Below, one piece after another: positions 13,886-26,954 of a DNA stretch of 64,000 nt. A model generated the notes under the pieces. That model was given only the letters and a program-made list of their open reading frames with translations, did not search any database and was not told the DNA's origin. The DNA is from Eledone cirrhosa (Eukaryota): assembly GCA_964016885.1 (NCBI GenBank), contig OZ024746.1, forward strand, positions 30,070,001-30,134,000, read 5' to 3'. The translations under genes were made by a program, and so were the position numbers. Positions within the stretch are counted from its first letter, which is position 1. Every line of letters begins with the position of its first letter.

Positions 13886-14159
13886 AATAATAACAATAAT
13901 ATTGAAGTTGAAAAATACAAAAGGGAAATCAATATATTCAATAATTTAATAAGTTATGAAGATTGAATTAATCATCAAGTTATTAGCTAGTTTCCTTAGA
14001 TATTCAACGATAAAACTGATCAATAGGTCAATATATATGTTTTCTTTTGATTAACATAACCCTTTAGGCAATATTTGCTAATATATACGCTAGGTTCTTG
14101 CATTATTTATTGGAACGGTGATCTTGTAATTCCTCTTATATATATATATTTTATATATA

Positions 14160-14278
<119 letters not shown>

Positions 14279-14310
14279 TATATATATATATATATTATAT
14301 ATATATATAT

Positions 14311-14965
14311 ATATATGTGAAAAAATGGGGAGAAGAATACTGCAGGTTGCACATGGATAACATGTTATAAAATGAGTCCCTCATCAGTGATTTGCCAACG
14401 ATCATAGATATTTCATTGCATTAAAAATCATATACCTCACGTTGGTGCAATAATAACTAAATTAAGTTATTAGGACAATTAAAACGCGTAAAGCGAGTGA
14501 GACAAGTAAACAACAAAGAGGAAAGCTAACCGTAGATAGGAAGGGAACAAGCTACATAGTTATTCTGTCAGCATAAGCTGGGTGAATATATGAGCGCTTA
14601 GAAAAAAGACCTTTCGAGATGAATCCAAATGGAAGAAAGAAGGAAATTGTATTCGTCGCGAACGGGGTGAAGTGAGAAGGGGAGAAACAGTGAGTGAGTG
14701 AGTGGAAGTGTGAGGAAGAGGTCAGTAGAGAGAAAGTGTTAACTGACATGACAGAGGGGGCGAAAGAAAGTAGGAGAAACAGAGAGAACGAGGGAGCAGT
14801 AAGAGAGAGAGAGAGAAAAACAGAATCGCAGTTTAGGTAAAATATATGTGAAAAAATGGGGAGAAGAATACTGCAGGTTGCACATGGATAACATGTTATA
14901 AAATGAGTCCCTCATCAGTGAGTTGCCAACGATCATAGATATTTCATTGCATTAAAAATCATATA
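14311..14965. repeat. (TA)n-flanked element with about 124-bp terminal direct repeats (14311-14434 and 14842-14965)
   Basis: gtgaaaaaatggggagaagaatactgcaggttgc...cattaaaaatcatata is repeated at an offset of 531 bp with a single visible mismatch. Confidence 0.85.
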
Positions 14966-14983
14966 TATATATATAGGTATAGG

Positions 14984-15107
14984 ATTCTGCTCTGAGGAAA
15001 CAGTGGTCACAGCATTGGATATTTGAGTTCTGCAAGTACTTGTGAATTTGCACGTAGCATAACTAGGCTGCAGTACCACCGTGGAAACACTTGTAAGCAC
15101 ACGGAAT
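14984..15107 (+). ncRNA. Type-I hammerhead ribozyme with long stem II
   Basis: attc-tgct CTGAGGA [aacagtggt...accaccgtg, about 85 nt] GAAA cacttgta agca-cacg-gaat. Stem I tgct/agca plus attc/gaat, triplet GUA. Confidence 0.7.
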
Positions 15108-15149
15108 AAATTACCTTTTTATGATGTCTACCTGTTATTATTCATTCTT

Positions 15150-15198
<49 letters not shown>

Positions 15199-15818
15199 GT
15201 ATATTTATATATGTGTGTGTGTATTTATATATATAAAGCAATATGTTATTTGAAGGCTACGACAATTCAAAATGGACGGTAGATTTCGGAATAAATTGAA
15301 ATTGAGTGTCACATGTAATTTATTTACCAGTCCTAATATTTTTTGTCTAAAAGCACTTCGTCAGAAAACTATAATAAGAAATTTGGTCGAAGTTCGTACT
15401 GTTGTCACCGGCTCGCCATTTTTCTTTTTCTTTGTTTGTAAGCGGTGATCTATTTATACCTACCGGAATTGACGCCGCCTATGGTCTAACGCAGAGGCGT
15501 GCATCAGGCTGCCTGCGGGCCGACCTGCCATTCCAGTCAGAGTGGCCTGCGATGATCGTTTTTAGTTTTTACCTTGTAGGTTTATTTAGAATTTTTTTCG
15601 TAAGCGTAATATAATTTTCTTTAATTGACCTATACTAAAGGGCTTCACTGATAAGGTTATGTGTTTTATAATTCCACAAAAGAAATTCTGGTGAATATTT
15701 GGAATAGTGCTTAATAAATATTAATGGTCCTAATAGTTGTTCTAATGTTGAAAAGTGGACCGCCAATGAAATATGTTACACACCCCTGGTATAACGTCTG
15801 AGAGTCTACATGTTAAAA

Positions 15819-15907
15819 CATATCTGACGAGCTTCCGATTCCAGAGTCAGGTTCGATCATTAATAGATCGTTCTTCGAGCTGATCGACAGTGAAACATAT
15901 GTAAATG
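15819..15907 (+). ncRNA. Type-I hammerhead ribozyme with long stem II (same family as 52863-52950)
   Basis: catat CTGACGA gct...cgat..atcg..agt GAAA catatgta aatg, with palindromic stem III ACATATGT. The downstream tail gagtgctca..ggcataccgcctatgga also occurs at 53022-53050. Confidence 0.65.
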
Positions 15908-16044
15908 CAATTAAATATGTATATGATGCCACACTGATTCTTTGTTCCTTTATTATTAATACTATTGATACTCTGCTCCCCAACAGAATCGAGTGCTCAT
16001 TCGGCATACCGCCTATGGACGCAATTAACTTGCACCTTAACACT

Positions 16045-16077
<33 letters not shown>

Positions 16078-16693
16078 TTATACTCTGAATTTTTCCTAGA
16101 GTGCTTAACATTTTTTGTTACTAATCCCGGTTTTATTTTTAAACCGCGATAATATTGCTATATGCTGAACTCCATATCTTTTGTTGAGTTTTTTTTTCGG
16201 AATGTTTTGACTGCTGTTTCTTGTAAACGGACATTCGTCTGATTCTGACGTCACTAGCCATGTTCTCCATGTGTGTTTATTATCTTAATTCCACACGAGG
16301 TGTAACTATCCTGCTTTCAAATTCCCTTCTGGCATATTTTAGCAGTGGTTTTGGTTACCGTCTTGAATTCTACTGATGAACGATTCCAACCGTGACTAAC
16401 CCCACTGAAAAGTTTCGTGAAATAGTCTTTTTAAGACTATATAGAACATTTGTAGATTTTTCCAAATTGAAGGATAAGTATTTACTCTTAATATAATTCT
16501 GAGTTAAGATTCTATTGGTTTTTTCCCTGGATTACACAAAATCTGTGGATAAAATTTCTGTCTTGACTTTTTTTGAATTGGGATTGAATTATTTTTCCAT
16601 ATCTTACGCTAAATATTTTCCATCTTGATGTAATAATCACTTATACGTATGAATTACTGTTGGCTTCTTGCTTACATTAATTTCTCTATTTTC

Positions 16694-16736
<43 letters not shown>

Positions 16737-16743
16737 TTCATTT

Positions 16744-16802
16744 AGTCCAGAATTAGCCGTCGAAACGGCTTGAGCTCAGCCGTCGGGGTCCTACTCGTTC
16801 CT
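16744..16802 (+). mobile_element. Family B short arm between (TA)n tracts
   Basis: ccagaattagccgtcgaaacggcttgagctcagccgtcggggtcctactcgttcc, matching 62172-62227 and, from gaattag on, 60298-60351. Confidence 0.85.
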
Positions 16803-16833
16803 ATATATATATATATATATATATATATAATGC

Positions 16834-16888
<55 letters not shown>

Positions 16889-16914
16889 CATACATGCATA
16901 AACATACACATACG

Positions 16915-16946
<32 letters not shown>

Positions 16947-17008
16947 GATATATAGATATATATGCGTGTATGTCAATGTGTGCATACATATGAGTGTGTT
17001 CGCCAGCA

Positions 17009-17064
<56 letters not shown>

Positions 17065-17252
17065 AATTTTAGTACAGCATTAACGAAGCTTTACTTTGCG
17101 ACCAAGCTAACGAATGCAAATTCTGTATGTAGCTTTAGCACTCGAATGGGAATAGTACCCCAGAGTAATAACAATACGTTTAGACAGCTTATCAAATCAA
17201 ATATAGCGATAGGCAGTCCAGCCACATTACCACAGCAACGAAAATACAGGAC

Positions 17253-17329
<77 letters not shown>

Positions 17330-17769
17330 AAATTAATATAGTACATCTTCATTATATTTAAAATTAATTCTGAAGAAGTAACACAAAGAACCTACATACA
17401 ATACATAAACATATAGAAAATAGCAACAAAAACAAAACAAAAACACAAGAAATACCATAGCAACCCCGCCCCACAAAAAAAAACATAGAAAAAACAACAT
17501 AGCAAAAGGAGAAAATGGAGAAGATGTTAACAAAGAAGAAGAGCGATGGATTTCTTTCTAGTTTTCATTAGATTTCTTCATCACTCTCTAATTGTTATCT
17601 AATTTCTACCTGTTATCTCTGTCCCAATTACGTTTGTTTGCCCGCCAGATATAATTAGGTAAATGATGTGTTTGTCACGCTGTTCCGCACTACTCTCTCT
17701 CTCTCTCATACTTATTCTATTTCTTTACTACGGTTCAACCCACATCGAAAATAACTACCTGATTTCTGA

Positions 17770-18062
17770 AACTCTTCTTCTTTTGTTGTTGTTGTTGCTC
17801 CTCCTCCGCTTCTTCTTCTTCTTCTTCTTCTTCTTCTTCTTCTTCTTCTTCTTCTTCTTCTTTTCTTCTTCTTCGTTGTCAACTTCTTCTTCTTCTTCTT
17901 CTTTTTCTTCTTCATTTTCTTCTTCTTCGTTGTCATCTTCTTCTTATTCTTCTTCTTCTTTTTCTTCTTCTTTTTCTTGTTCTTTTTCTTCTTTTTCTTT
18001 TTCTTTTTCTTTTTCTTTTTCTTTTTCTTTTTCTTCTTCTTTTATTATTATTATTATTATTA
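17770..18062. repeat. (TTC)n/(TTTTTC)n/(TTA)n simple repeats
   Basis: Direct reading. Confidence 0.95.
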
Positions 18063-18262
18063 NNNNNNNNNNNNNNNNNNNNNNNNNNNNNNNNNNNNNN
18101 NNNNNNNNNNNNNNNNNNNNNNNNNNNNNNNNNNNNNNNNNNNNNNNNNNNNNNNNNNNNNNNNNNNNNNNNNNNNNNNNNNNNNNNNNNNNNNNNNNNN
18201 NNNNNNNNNNNNNNNNNNNNNNNNNNNNNNNNNNNNNNNNNNNNNNNNNNNNNNNNNNNNNN
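18063..18262. other. Assembly gap (200 N)
   Basis: Run of N. Confidence 1.
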
Positions 18263-18375
18263 TGGGTAGCCATGTGGTTAGTGTGTTGGACTTACAATAG
18301 TAATCTCGTGGTTTGACTTATTTAAACGGATGATACGTTGTGTTCTCGAGCAAAACACATCAGGTTGGTCCATTG

Positions 18376-18412
<37 letters not shown>

Positions 18413-18424
18413 AATGAAAAATTT

Positions 18425-18580
18425 GGAACCCCGACGGCTGAGTTTCTGCCGTTTCAACAGCTCGATCGGAACTGAGTTCGGATTTAGGTGGTGAAGTGGC
18501 AGAAACTCAACCGTCGGGGTTTCATGTATCGAGTACTCTCGTGAGTAATGGTCTTACGGATTTTACTGCTTCCATTCTAT
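18425..18580 (+). mobile_element. Diverged family B fold-back element
   Basis: Imperfect palindrome gaaccccgacggctgagtttctgcc...ggcagaaactcaaccgtcggggtttc. Confidence 0.7.
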
Positions 18581-18741
18581 ATATAATTGTATAGATAGAT
18601 GTATACTAAATTAAGGTATCATAACATATGTAAAATATATATATAAACATATCTTTACAGTACCAGATATTATTTTCTACAAAAATATAAAACATAATGT
18701 TTATGAAAAAGTATATACATTAAAGTGGAAAGGTTCTTATA

Positions 18742-18867
18742 TTCCTTATGGTACCGTTTCATAGTTCGTAGAACAGAGACAAAAATCGATCCAAGTAATC
18801 GATTATCCATTAGCATCTATCGATTTTGATAAAGCCACAGAAGATAGGAAACTAATCATCCGAGGAA
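18742..18867 (-). ncRNA. Type-I hammerhead ribozyme with very long stem II and one core substitution
   Basis: Minus strand reads ttcct CGGATGA t-tagtt...(about 95 nt)...aacta-t GAAA cggtaccata aggaa. Stem I ttcct/aggaa is perfect and stem III is near-palindromic around GGTACC. It lies inside an element with short inverted ends at about 18608-18630 / 19045-19067. Confidence 0.65.
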
Positions 18868-19535
18868 ATTGTCTTTGGAAAAGTTCCAATAAAGTACAAA
18901 AATACTGTATATCTGTCAGATTCTGAGAATTATTCAAAACTGTAACCCCGTGGTGTGAAGAACGTTTTGATTGTGGCAGCAGATATAATTATTACTGGAG
19001 GTAGCATGCGCTAGAATGAGGTTCTAGTCACGGTATAAGTATCTCATACGTATGATACCTTAACTTACTATATATATCTTAACTCCGTTAATTCTTAACG
19101 CAGCTCTCCCATAAATGCCCTTATTAAGATACAACTTCTTAACAAATATATTATACTTCTAGCGACTATCGCTTACCTTGTGTTTGTGGATCTGCTCTAG
19201 TGCTTGTGTATGCGATCTGGCCGAAAGATTAAAGAGTTCGTTTAGAAAGAAGTCTGCAGTTCTAGTTTCTATCCTAGTGCTCCACAATCAATGGAAACAT
19301 TGTAAGGGACATTAAGTTGACTGAAACTGTTTAGAACTCTGTTTAATGAATGTACACATTGCATCATGCAATCTCTAAGAACTACATCAACAGTATACGT
19401 GACTGTGGAATGCTCAGCCATTTACAAGTTAACTTAATCAACTGGCTGAACTACAGAATCATTCATCATCGAAACCAATGAATTCCATAGTATACATATA
19501 TACACTATAGAAATAAATGCACACATAAACACATG

Positions 19536-19578
<43 letters not shown>

Positions 19579-19787
19579 ATAAAAATACTTGAGTGCATTA
19601 GAGTTAAACACACTCGTCGTATTAGAGAAATGACAGTATAAGATATAGCTCAATGTTATCCAACAGAGCCGAAAAATTATATAAAATAAACAAAGAAGCC
19701 TTTAATACATTAATACATTAAAAATGTATTAATGTATTACAGGCTTCTTTGTTTATTTTATATAATTATATATATATATATACATAT

Positions 19788-19927
19788 AGGAAAAGTGTCA
19801 GGACCCCGACGGCCGGAGCTCAGCCGCCAGGGTCCTGACTCTTTTCCTACTACCCACTCTACTACCCTAGGTACCGAGTACTCTGGTGCGTATGGTCAAC
19901 CTAGTATCGTATGACACCTCTTTGTTA
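19788..19927 (+). mobile_element. Family B fold-back element
   Basis: Hairpin taggaaaagtgtcaggaccc...gggtcctgactcttttccta plus the family B tail, flanked by (TA)n. Confidence 0.75.
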
Positions 19928-19942
19928 TATATATATAACGAA

Positions 19943-20074
<132 letters not shown>

Positions 20075-20089
20075 TTATATATATATATA

Positions 20090-20152
<63 letters not shown>

Positions 20153-20245
20153 TTATATATATATATATATACTTATATATATATATACTTATATATATAT
20201 ATATATACTTATATATATATATATATATACTTATATATATATATA

Positions 20246-20312
<67 letters not shown>

Positions 20313-20373
20313 CCTCTATATACACATTACACACCCATTAACTCAAACGTACACGCACACGCACATGTATTTA

Positions 20374-20406
<33 letters not shown>

Positions 20407-20544
20407 AGAGTACATCATAAATGAGCGTTAGATAAATCAAAAGCTTATAAGATCAATACAGAATTGTACAGATCTGATTTTTCTCTTCGATTACATTGCT
20501 ATTTTTAGATACTAGATATTTCACATTGACACATGGAAACAGGC

Positions 20545-21200
20545 TAAAGACGGAGTGAGAGTGGAGGTAGAGAGAGTGACTGGAGGGAAAGGATATTAAG
20601 ATGTGAGAAAGGAAATACAGAGAGAAAGGAGGCAGGGAGAGATAGGAGAGAGAGAGAGAATGAAGAAAGAAGCAAAGTAGAGAAGAACCAAAGTGAGGCG
20701 AATAGAGGACGAGGGACAGGGAGAGGGAGAAAAACAGAGAGAGAGAGGCAAAGAAAGTGAGAAAAAACAGAGAAATAGATAGAGAGAGAAAGAGAGTGGG
20801 GAGAAAAATAGAGAGAAAGAGAGATAGGTGGCAAAAAGGAAGAGTGGGGTGAGAGAGGTGACAGAGAGAAAGAGAGATGAGAGGGGGAAGAGAGAGGGAG
20901 AGACAGAGAAAGGGAGAAAAAGCACAGAGAGAGAGAGAGGTGACAGAGAGGAAGAGCGATGAGAAGGGTGACAGAAAGGAAGAGAGATGAGAGAGGTACA
21001 GAGAGAGGGAGAGACAGAGAGGGGGAGAAAAAACAGACAGAGAGGTGGAGAAAAAAAAGAGAAAGAGAGTGAGAGACAGACACAGGACAGAAAGGAAGAA
21101 AGAGAAACAGAGAGATGGAGAGAGATGTCAGAAAAGAAACAAAGGGGAAGAAAGAGAATAAGAAAGAGAGGGTGACAGTGTGTGTGAGAGAGACAGGGGT
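20545..21200. repeat. GA-rich low-complexity tract (a similar tract with repeated gagagagaggcgggg units lies at 21890-22215)
   Basis: Direct reading. Confidence 0.85.
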
Positions 21201-21320
21201 GGGAGAAAAAAATGTTAGTGTAAAACAGCATGGAAGAATTTATTAGTGACACATCTCACTGCTTCTGCTCCAGTGGCCATTTTGTGTGCCTGTCTATATA
21301 TATATTTTATATTGTATGTC

Positions 21321-21393
<73 letters not shown>

Positions 21394-21395
<2 letters not shown>

Positions 21396-21597
21396 GTAAG
21401 TCCCGGGTTGAGTCGGGGATAACCACAGTAAGTAAGGTACTCAATACATGGCAGAGTAAATTTTTTTTATTTTATAGAAGGAGCTTCTACAGGACTAGTA
21501 CTGTTTCATTCAGATGAAATCTTCAGGAAGCTCATCTGAAGATTTCATCTGAATGAAACAGTACTAGTCCTGTAGAAGCTCCTTCTATAAAATAAAA

Positions 21598-21602
<5 letters not shown>
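21394..21602. mobile_element. (TA)n-embedded inverted-arm element carrying HHRs (family C)
   Basis: Inverted repeat of about 63 bp at 21464-21526 / 21536-21598 with a 9-bp spacer. The left side has an extra tail of about 70 bp. Confidence 0.85.
21482..21532 (-). ncRNA. Type-I hammerhead ribozyme (complete). A mirror copy lacking the correct 5' strand of stem I lies at 21536-21580 (+)
   Basis: Minus strand reads agcttc CTGAAGA t-ttca tc tgaa-t GAAA cag tactagtc ctg TA gaagct. Stem I is a perfect 6 bp, stem III is acag/ctgt around ACTAGT, triplet GUA. Confidence 0.85.
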
Positions 21603-21655
<53 letters not shown>

Positions 21656-22843
21656 GCATACAAATATATTGACACACATAGATACAGACATACATGTGTA
21701 GACATACATGTGTAGACATAGACATAAACATACGCACACACAGTGAGGCATACAATCATATTGACACATATAGACACAGATCTATACACATCCACACACA
21801 TATATATACACAGAGTCATACCAATATATAGATATTCATAGATACAGGCATACACACGCTTTGAGAAAGGCACATAAAAGAAGCAAATCATAGAGAGCAG
21901 AGAGAAAAAGAGGGGGAGGAGGAAAGAGAGAGGTGGGGGTAAATAGAGACGAAGAGAGAAAGGGAGGAGGTGAGGGGAGATAGAGAGGAAGAGCGAAAGG
22001 GAGAGGGGAGAGAGAGAGTGAGAGAGAGGCGGGGAGAGAGAGAGAATGAGAAAGAGGCGGGGGGAGAGAGAGTGAGAGAGAGGCGGGGAGATAGAGAGTG
22101 AGAGAGAGGCGGGGAGATAGAAAATGATAAAGAGGCGGGGGGAGAGAGAGTGAGAGAGAGGCGGGGAGATAGAGAGTGAGAGAGAGGCGGGGAGAGAGAA
22201 GCGGGGAGAGAGAGAAAGTACTGCTGACAAATGTTGAACTGAGACGCAGACATTGCAATCCACATGCAGATACAGGAAACAAGTCGCAATACATGTGATA
22301 TCTGAATAAAAATGAAAACGTTCTAAGAATACAGAAAGTCTATAATAGAACGCTGACACAGAATTTACAATTCAGGAGAAATATCAGCTGCTATATATTG
22401 TATGTTATGTATAACTTGTAAATCTACAAATAATACATGGATATGTTGGTACTATCATGCTAGGGAACATGATGAAGATTTTGGTTTAATGGTTTCGGTC
22501 TACTGCTCACGATAGTAAGTTGGTGATTCCGATTATTGGCACTGCATTGTGTCCTCATTTTTCACGTTGCTCTGGTATACTCAACTACAAAACCGTATTA
22601 GTTGTACCTTTAATTGAAAGGGCCAGCCTTTCGTTCACTGTGTCACGCTGAATTTGCCTGAGAACTATGTAAATGTTACACGCGTCTGTGGAATGGTCAG
22701 CTTCTGTGCAATGGTCAGCTTCTAGCACGACAATTTCAAAAGCTGATTGTTTTGCTGTTCCAAGAATTGGAAGATTCCTCATCGCAACAGATGGAGGTGC
22801 CACACACATACATACACATTTTTAATAAACATCTGAGTTCTTC

Positions 22844-22849
<6 letters not shown>

Positions 22850-22912
<63 letters not shown>

Positions 22913-22970
22913 AGAAGAAGAAGAAGAAGAAGAAGAAGAAGAAGAAGAAGAAGAAGAAGAAGAAGAAGAA

Positions 22971-23027
<57 letters not shown>

Positions 23028-23056
23028 GTGGTGATGACGTTGATGATGATGATGAT
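22850..23056. repeat. Compound (GA)n(GAA)n(GAT)n microsatellite
   Basis: Direct reading. Confidence 0.95.
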
Positions 23057-23879
23057 ATCAAGAAATGTTTTTTTTATCATGTGTAATACTTTCTCTGTTG
23101 TAATTTACAATTGTATGAGATTTTAGTTTCTATGTAGAACTTTCCAGAACCAACAATGGTAGACTTTTACTGATACAGATTTATTGAAATATTAACACAG
23201 ACAATGAACCACATAACAATGTGTTACTAGTAACAGAACGTTAAACAATAGACTGCTAGGACAAGCACAAGAAAATATGTTAATGTGTTTATAAAATACT
23301 TCATGTTGATTTATTGTTTAGTCTTCTGGAACACGCTACTAAGACGCTGATTTGGCAGAGTCACTAGAACGTTGGAGTGAATGTCATGTGATATTGGTAC
23401 CGTTTTCTACATTTTGCGTTCAAATCTCACCAAGGCTAAAGTTGCCTTTCATCCTTTCGGGGGTGATTAAAAATACTACCAGTCCATTATTTGGATAATT
23501 TCTTCTTTTGTGTTATTTCTTCTTATTCTCTCTCTTTCTCACACTCATATTTTCTCCTGTATGATGTCATTTCAAGATGTTAGGATTCTTATTTCGATTG
23601 GAAGGTGAAAATACTAAGCACTTCTGTCTTTTGTGATTGTGGGATCGCACAGATAATGATAAATGTGAAATTAGAATGGTATAAACGATCAATCTTTATG
23701 AAACTGGGCGCCTAAAATATAAATGTTCATGTATCCATACAAAAAATCCATCGACCTCAGCTCCACATAATGCCATACTGAAAATGGTGAATACTGTACT
23801 ACGGTACGTGCAACGCTCCCGAAATTGTCTGACACAAAAGTTGCTTGAATCCAAAACTGTATATTTAAAAATGACAGTA

Positions 23880-24090
23880 GTGGGGAGGTAGCTTAGAATG
23901 CATTGAAGAACGTTGCTAATGGTTTTCTGGTCAACAAGGAAACGAAGTATTACAAAACAGTCGTTGAAGAATTGCTTGATTGTTACAGAAGTATTGGAGA
24001 TAGAATATAACTTATACTGTACTATATGCATTCTCATTTCGAATTCTTCTGATCGAAGCTTAGTGATGTCTTTGAAAAGCATGATAATCG
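23880..24090 (-). pseudogene. Possible decayed hAT transposase C-terminal dimerisation domain
   Basis: LYSISNTSVTIKQFFNDCFVILRFLVDQKTISNVLQCILSY loosely matches the hATC consensus L.SIP.TSV..ER.FS.....TK.R..L.D.TI..L..L.SY. Confidence 0.35.
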
Positions 24091-25552
24091 GTTTCCTCAG
24101 AACATAGTTGATGGAGAAGTGATATCAGAGAAGAGAAAAGAATTCATAATGGGTAATTAAGTTTGGAACTTGACTCGAGAAGACAGTGGAAACCACAATA
24201 GATGAGGATGGTACAATGTTCACCTTGTGATCTTATTGATGTTTTTAAGCCACTTTACCAAGAAGGTTATTACAATGCATAATTCATGATTGCTTATATG
24301 AATTCTATAATATGTTACATAAAATAATTGCAATAAGTTATAGTACAATAAATAGTACGTTTTCATGATTATTATGCATAAACTAACGTGGGTATCGTAT
24401 TCAGCATACCAAACTTGATGGAAATTCATTAAAAAATGAGTAGCAAAACAAAACTTTCACAAAACCGTTATCTAGTGTATATATGGAATGGATCTCCGAT
24501 GGATATGACGCTAAGTGTTTCAGTTGTTTAATCAACAAATCAACCTATTCAGAACATTCATGCGTAAGTGGCTCAGCGTTCTACAGACACGTATAACCTT
24601 AAAGTATTTCCCAGTGAAATTTAGTGCGTCAAGAAGTGTGACAAATCTGTCCCTTTCAATTTCGGTCACAAGGCAGGATCGACTCGGGGCTATGGTAAAT
24701 GACAGATACATAATATTCATATCCAATCCAATCCAGGGCCTTCTCACTTTTGTTGGAGAAACCCCTCCCTGATGGACCTCCACTTCTATCTGTTTAGTTT
24801 CCATCATGTATTTAAGGGTGTAGCCGTACCCACCACACCTGACTAATTGCAGGTTGGTAAGGTCATTTAACTCATAACTGGCGTGGATGGCCGTTGATTC
24901 TGTGAAGAACCATCCTTTTAACAGCTCTTGTTTTGTTTTTGTTGTTTTTTTTGTGTTGCACCCTCCTCACCAGACAAGAGTCTAGTGGGTGGACCGGCTT
25001 AGCCACTGACGAGTCGACCATGAAACAAGATATACTGGGTTACGTGGTAACAGTGGCAGACAGAAGCCTGGCCTAACCTAATATTTGTACATCAGCTCGT
25101 AAATTTAGAGAAACGTTAATATAATTCATCTAGCTATGTTGGTAACATATGTAGAAAATATATCATTTAACGTAGAACGAACGACAATTGGTGGAGGAAC
25201 TCTATCATCATGTGTGATGCAATTAAACTGATATTATCACTAAATTTCTTCAAACTCCTCAGGCTGTTGACTTTCTTGAGTTTTGTTGTGTTATTTTCTT
25301 TTTAATTTGGTTTCTTATAAAATAAAAGTTGTTCTTTAGTTTCAGTTTATATTACATCCGGTCTTCTTTTTGTTCTCATTTCTTTTTCCTATTTCATTCT
25401 TTCAGTCATTCTTTTATTTTCCCATGTTTTGTGGACAGAATTCTAAAGATCGATATTCAAATACACATATCAGCGCCTTATATGCTGATGCAATAACATT
25501 CATTCACTTATTAGATTTCAGTTGTATGATCAAGCTGTCTACCCCACTTTTT

Positions 25553-25587
<35 letters not shown>

Positions 25588-25612
25588 CTCTCTCTATATA
25601 TATATATAAATA

Positions 25613-25688
<76 letters not shown>

Positions 25689-25808
25689 TATCTATATTTT
25701 TCTGTCTATCTACCAATATGACCTATCTCTTCATTTTCATTATCTATCGATCTACCAATATACCAATCTCTTTGTCTACCTATCTATATATATCTCAATC
25801 TATCTTTC

Positions 25809-25875
<67 letters not shown>

Positions 25876-25889
25876 TTACCTACCTACCA

Positions 25890-26714
25890 GTGCAAATGAA
25901 GCCTGAACGCATTGCCCAAATACCCGACAGAATCATATTAGAGGGCCACGGGTATATAAACATTAGCGTGGAGTGGAGAAGGCCGTCCTGTCATATCTGT
26001 GCAGGCAGAGGGCACCTGAAGGCGGCTTGTCCCCAACTCAACAAGAAGAAAACCCTGCTACCAACACCAGCTCCACCACCACCACAACAGATAAACAAAC
26101 AACAAAACTCAGTCCCACCCAACCCGTCCCTCAGTAAAACTACACCACCACCACAGCACAAACAGACACAACACATTACCCAAAAACAAAACACAGTCCC
26201 ACCCAACCCCTCACTCAATAAAACAACACAACCACCGCAGCCACAACACACAACACAGTCTAACATAGTGACATCCATCTCCCCCACAAAGAAAACTAAC
26301 ACGGAAACATTACCAACAAACATACCTCTTCCCCCCAACACTGAAGATAACCCAACAAATTCGGGGGAAGAAACGGAGTCCTTCAGACAGATTAAAACGA
26401 AAAAAAGAAAACATGTGCAAAACACACAAGGCCAAACAGCCCCTACCCAAATGTCAACACAATCCAGCAAAACACAAAGTACCCCTCCAGCAACAAACAA
26501 AACCAAACCTGCCCCTCCCCTCTTCGAAACACTCACACCATCCGAAAAAAAGACATTACACTATACTTACATCAACAGAAACAATAATAAATTAAATGAA
26601 CTCATAAACAATAACACTTCGGTACAAACCGAAGGGTTAAACTTTGTTTCTTCAGAAAACTACCCACATTTAAAATTAATAAAGATCCCAATGAACCTCT
26701 ACCAAGGATTTTAA
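25890..26714 (+). pseudogene. 5'-truncated ORF1 (gag-like) of an L1/Tx1-clade LINE
   Basis: Zinc knuckle CHICAGRGHLKAAC preceded by IPDRI...INISVE.RRP and followed by a P/T/Q-rich region, directly upstream of ORF2. Confidence 0.8.
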
Positions 26715-26954
26715 GGAGGACGTGGGACCACCCTCTGTCAAACCCATAAACCGCGTCCTCCTAAAAAGCCCCCCCCCCCCCTTCCCCTCCCCAACACAAC
26801 TCCAAACACCCCAACCCCACCACACACTGACGACCCCACACCACCACAAGACACCCCTTCACCCAACACCCCCGACCCCACGGAAGTCGTGCGACCCGAA
26901 CCCCGGGAAGGAGAAAGGTAGGTCTCTACACTCTCCTTTGGCTTTGCCGCCCAC

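Noticed and set aside
16100-16690. Minus-strand PLE RT N-terminal remnant (DYYIKMENI-like)
   Set aside because: Too degraded, with many stops and frameshifts, to call by eye.
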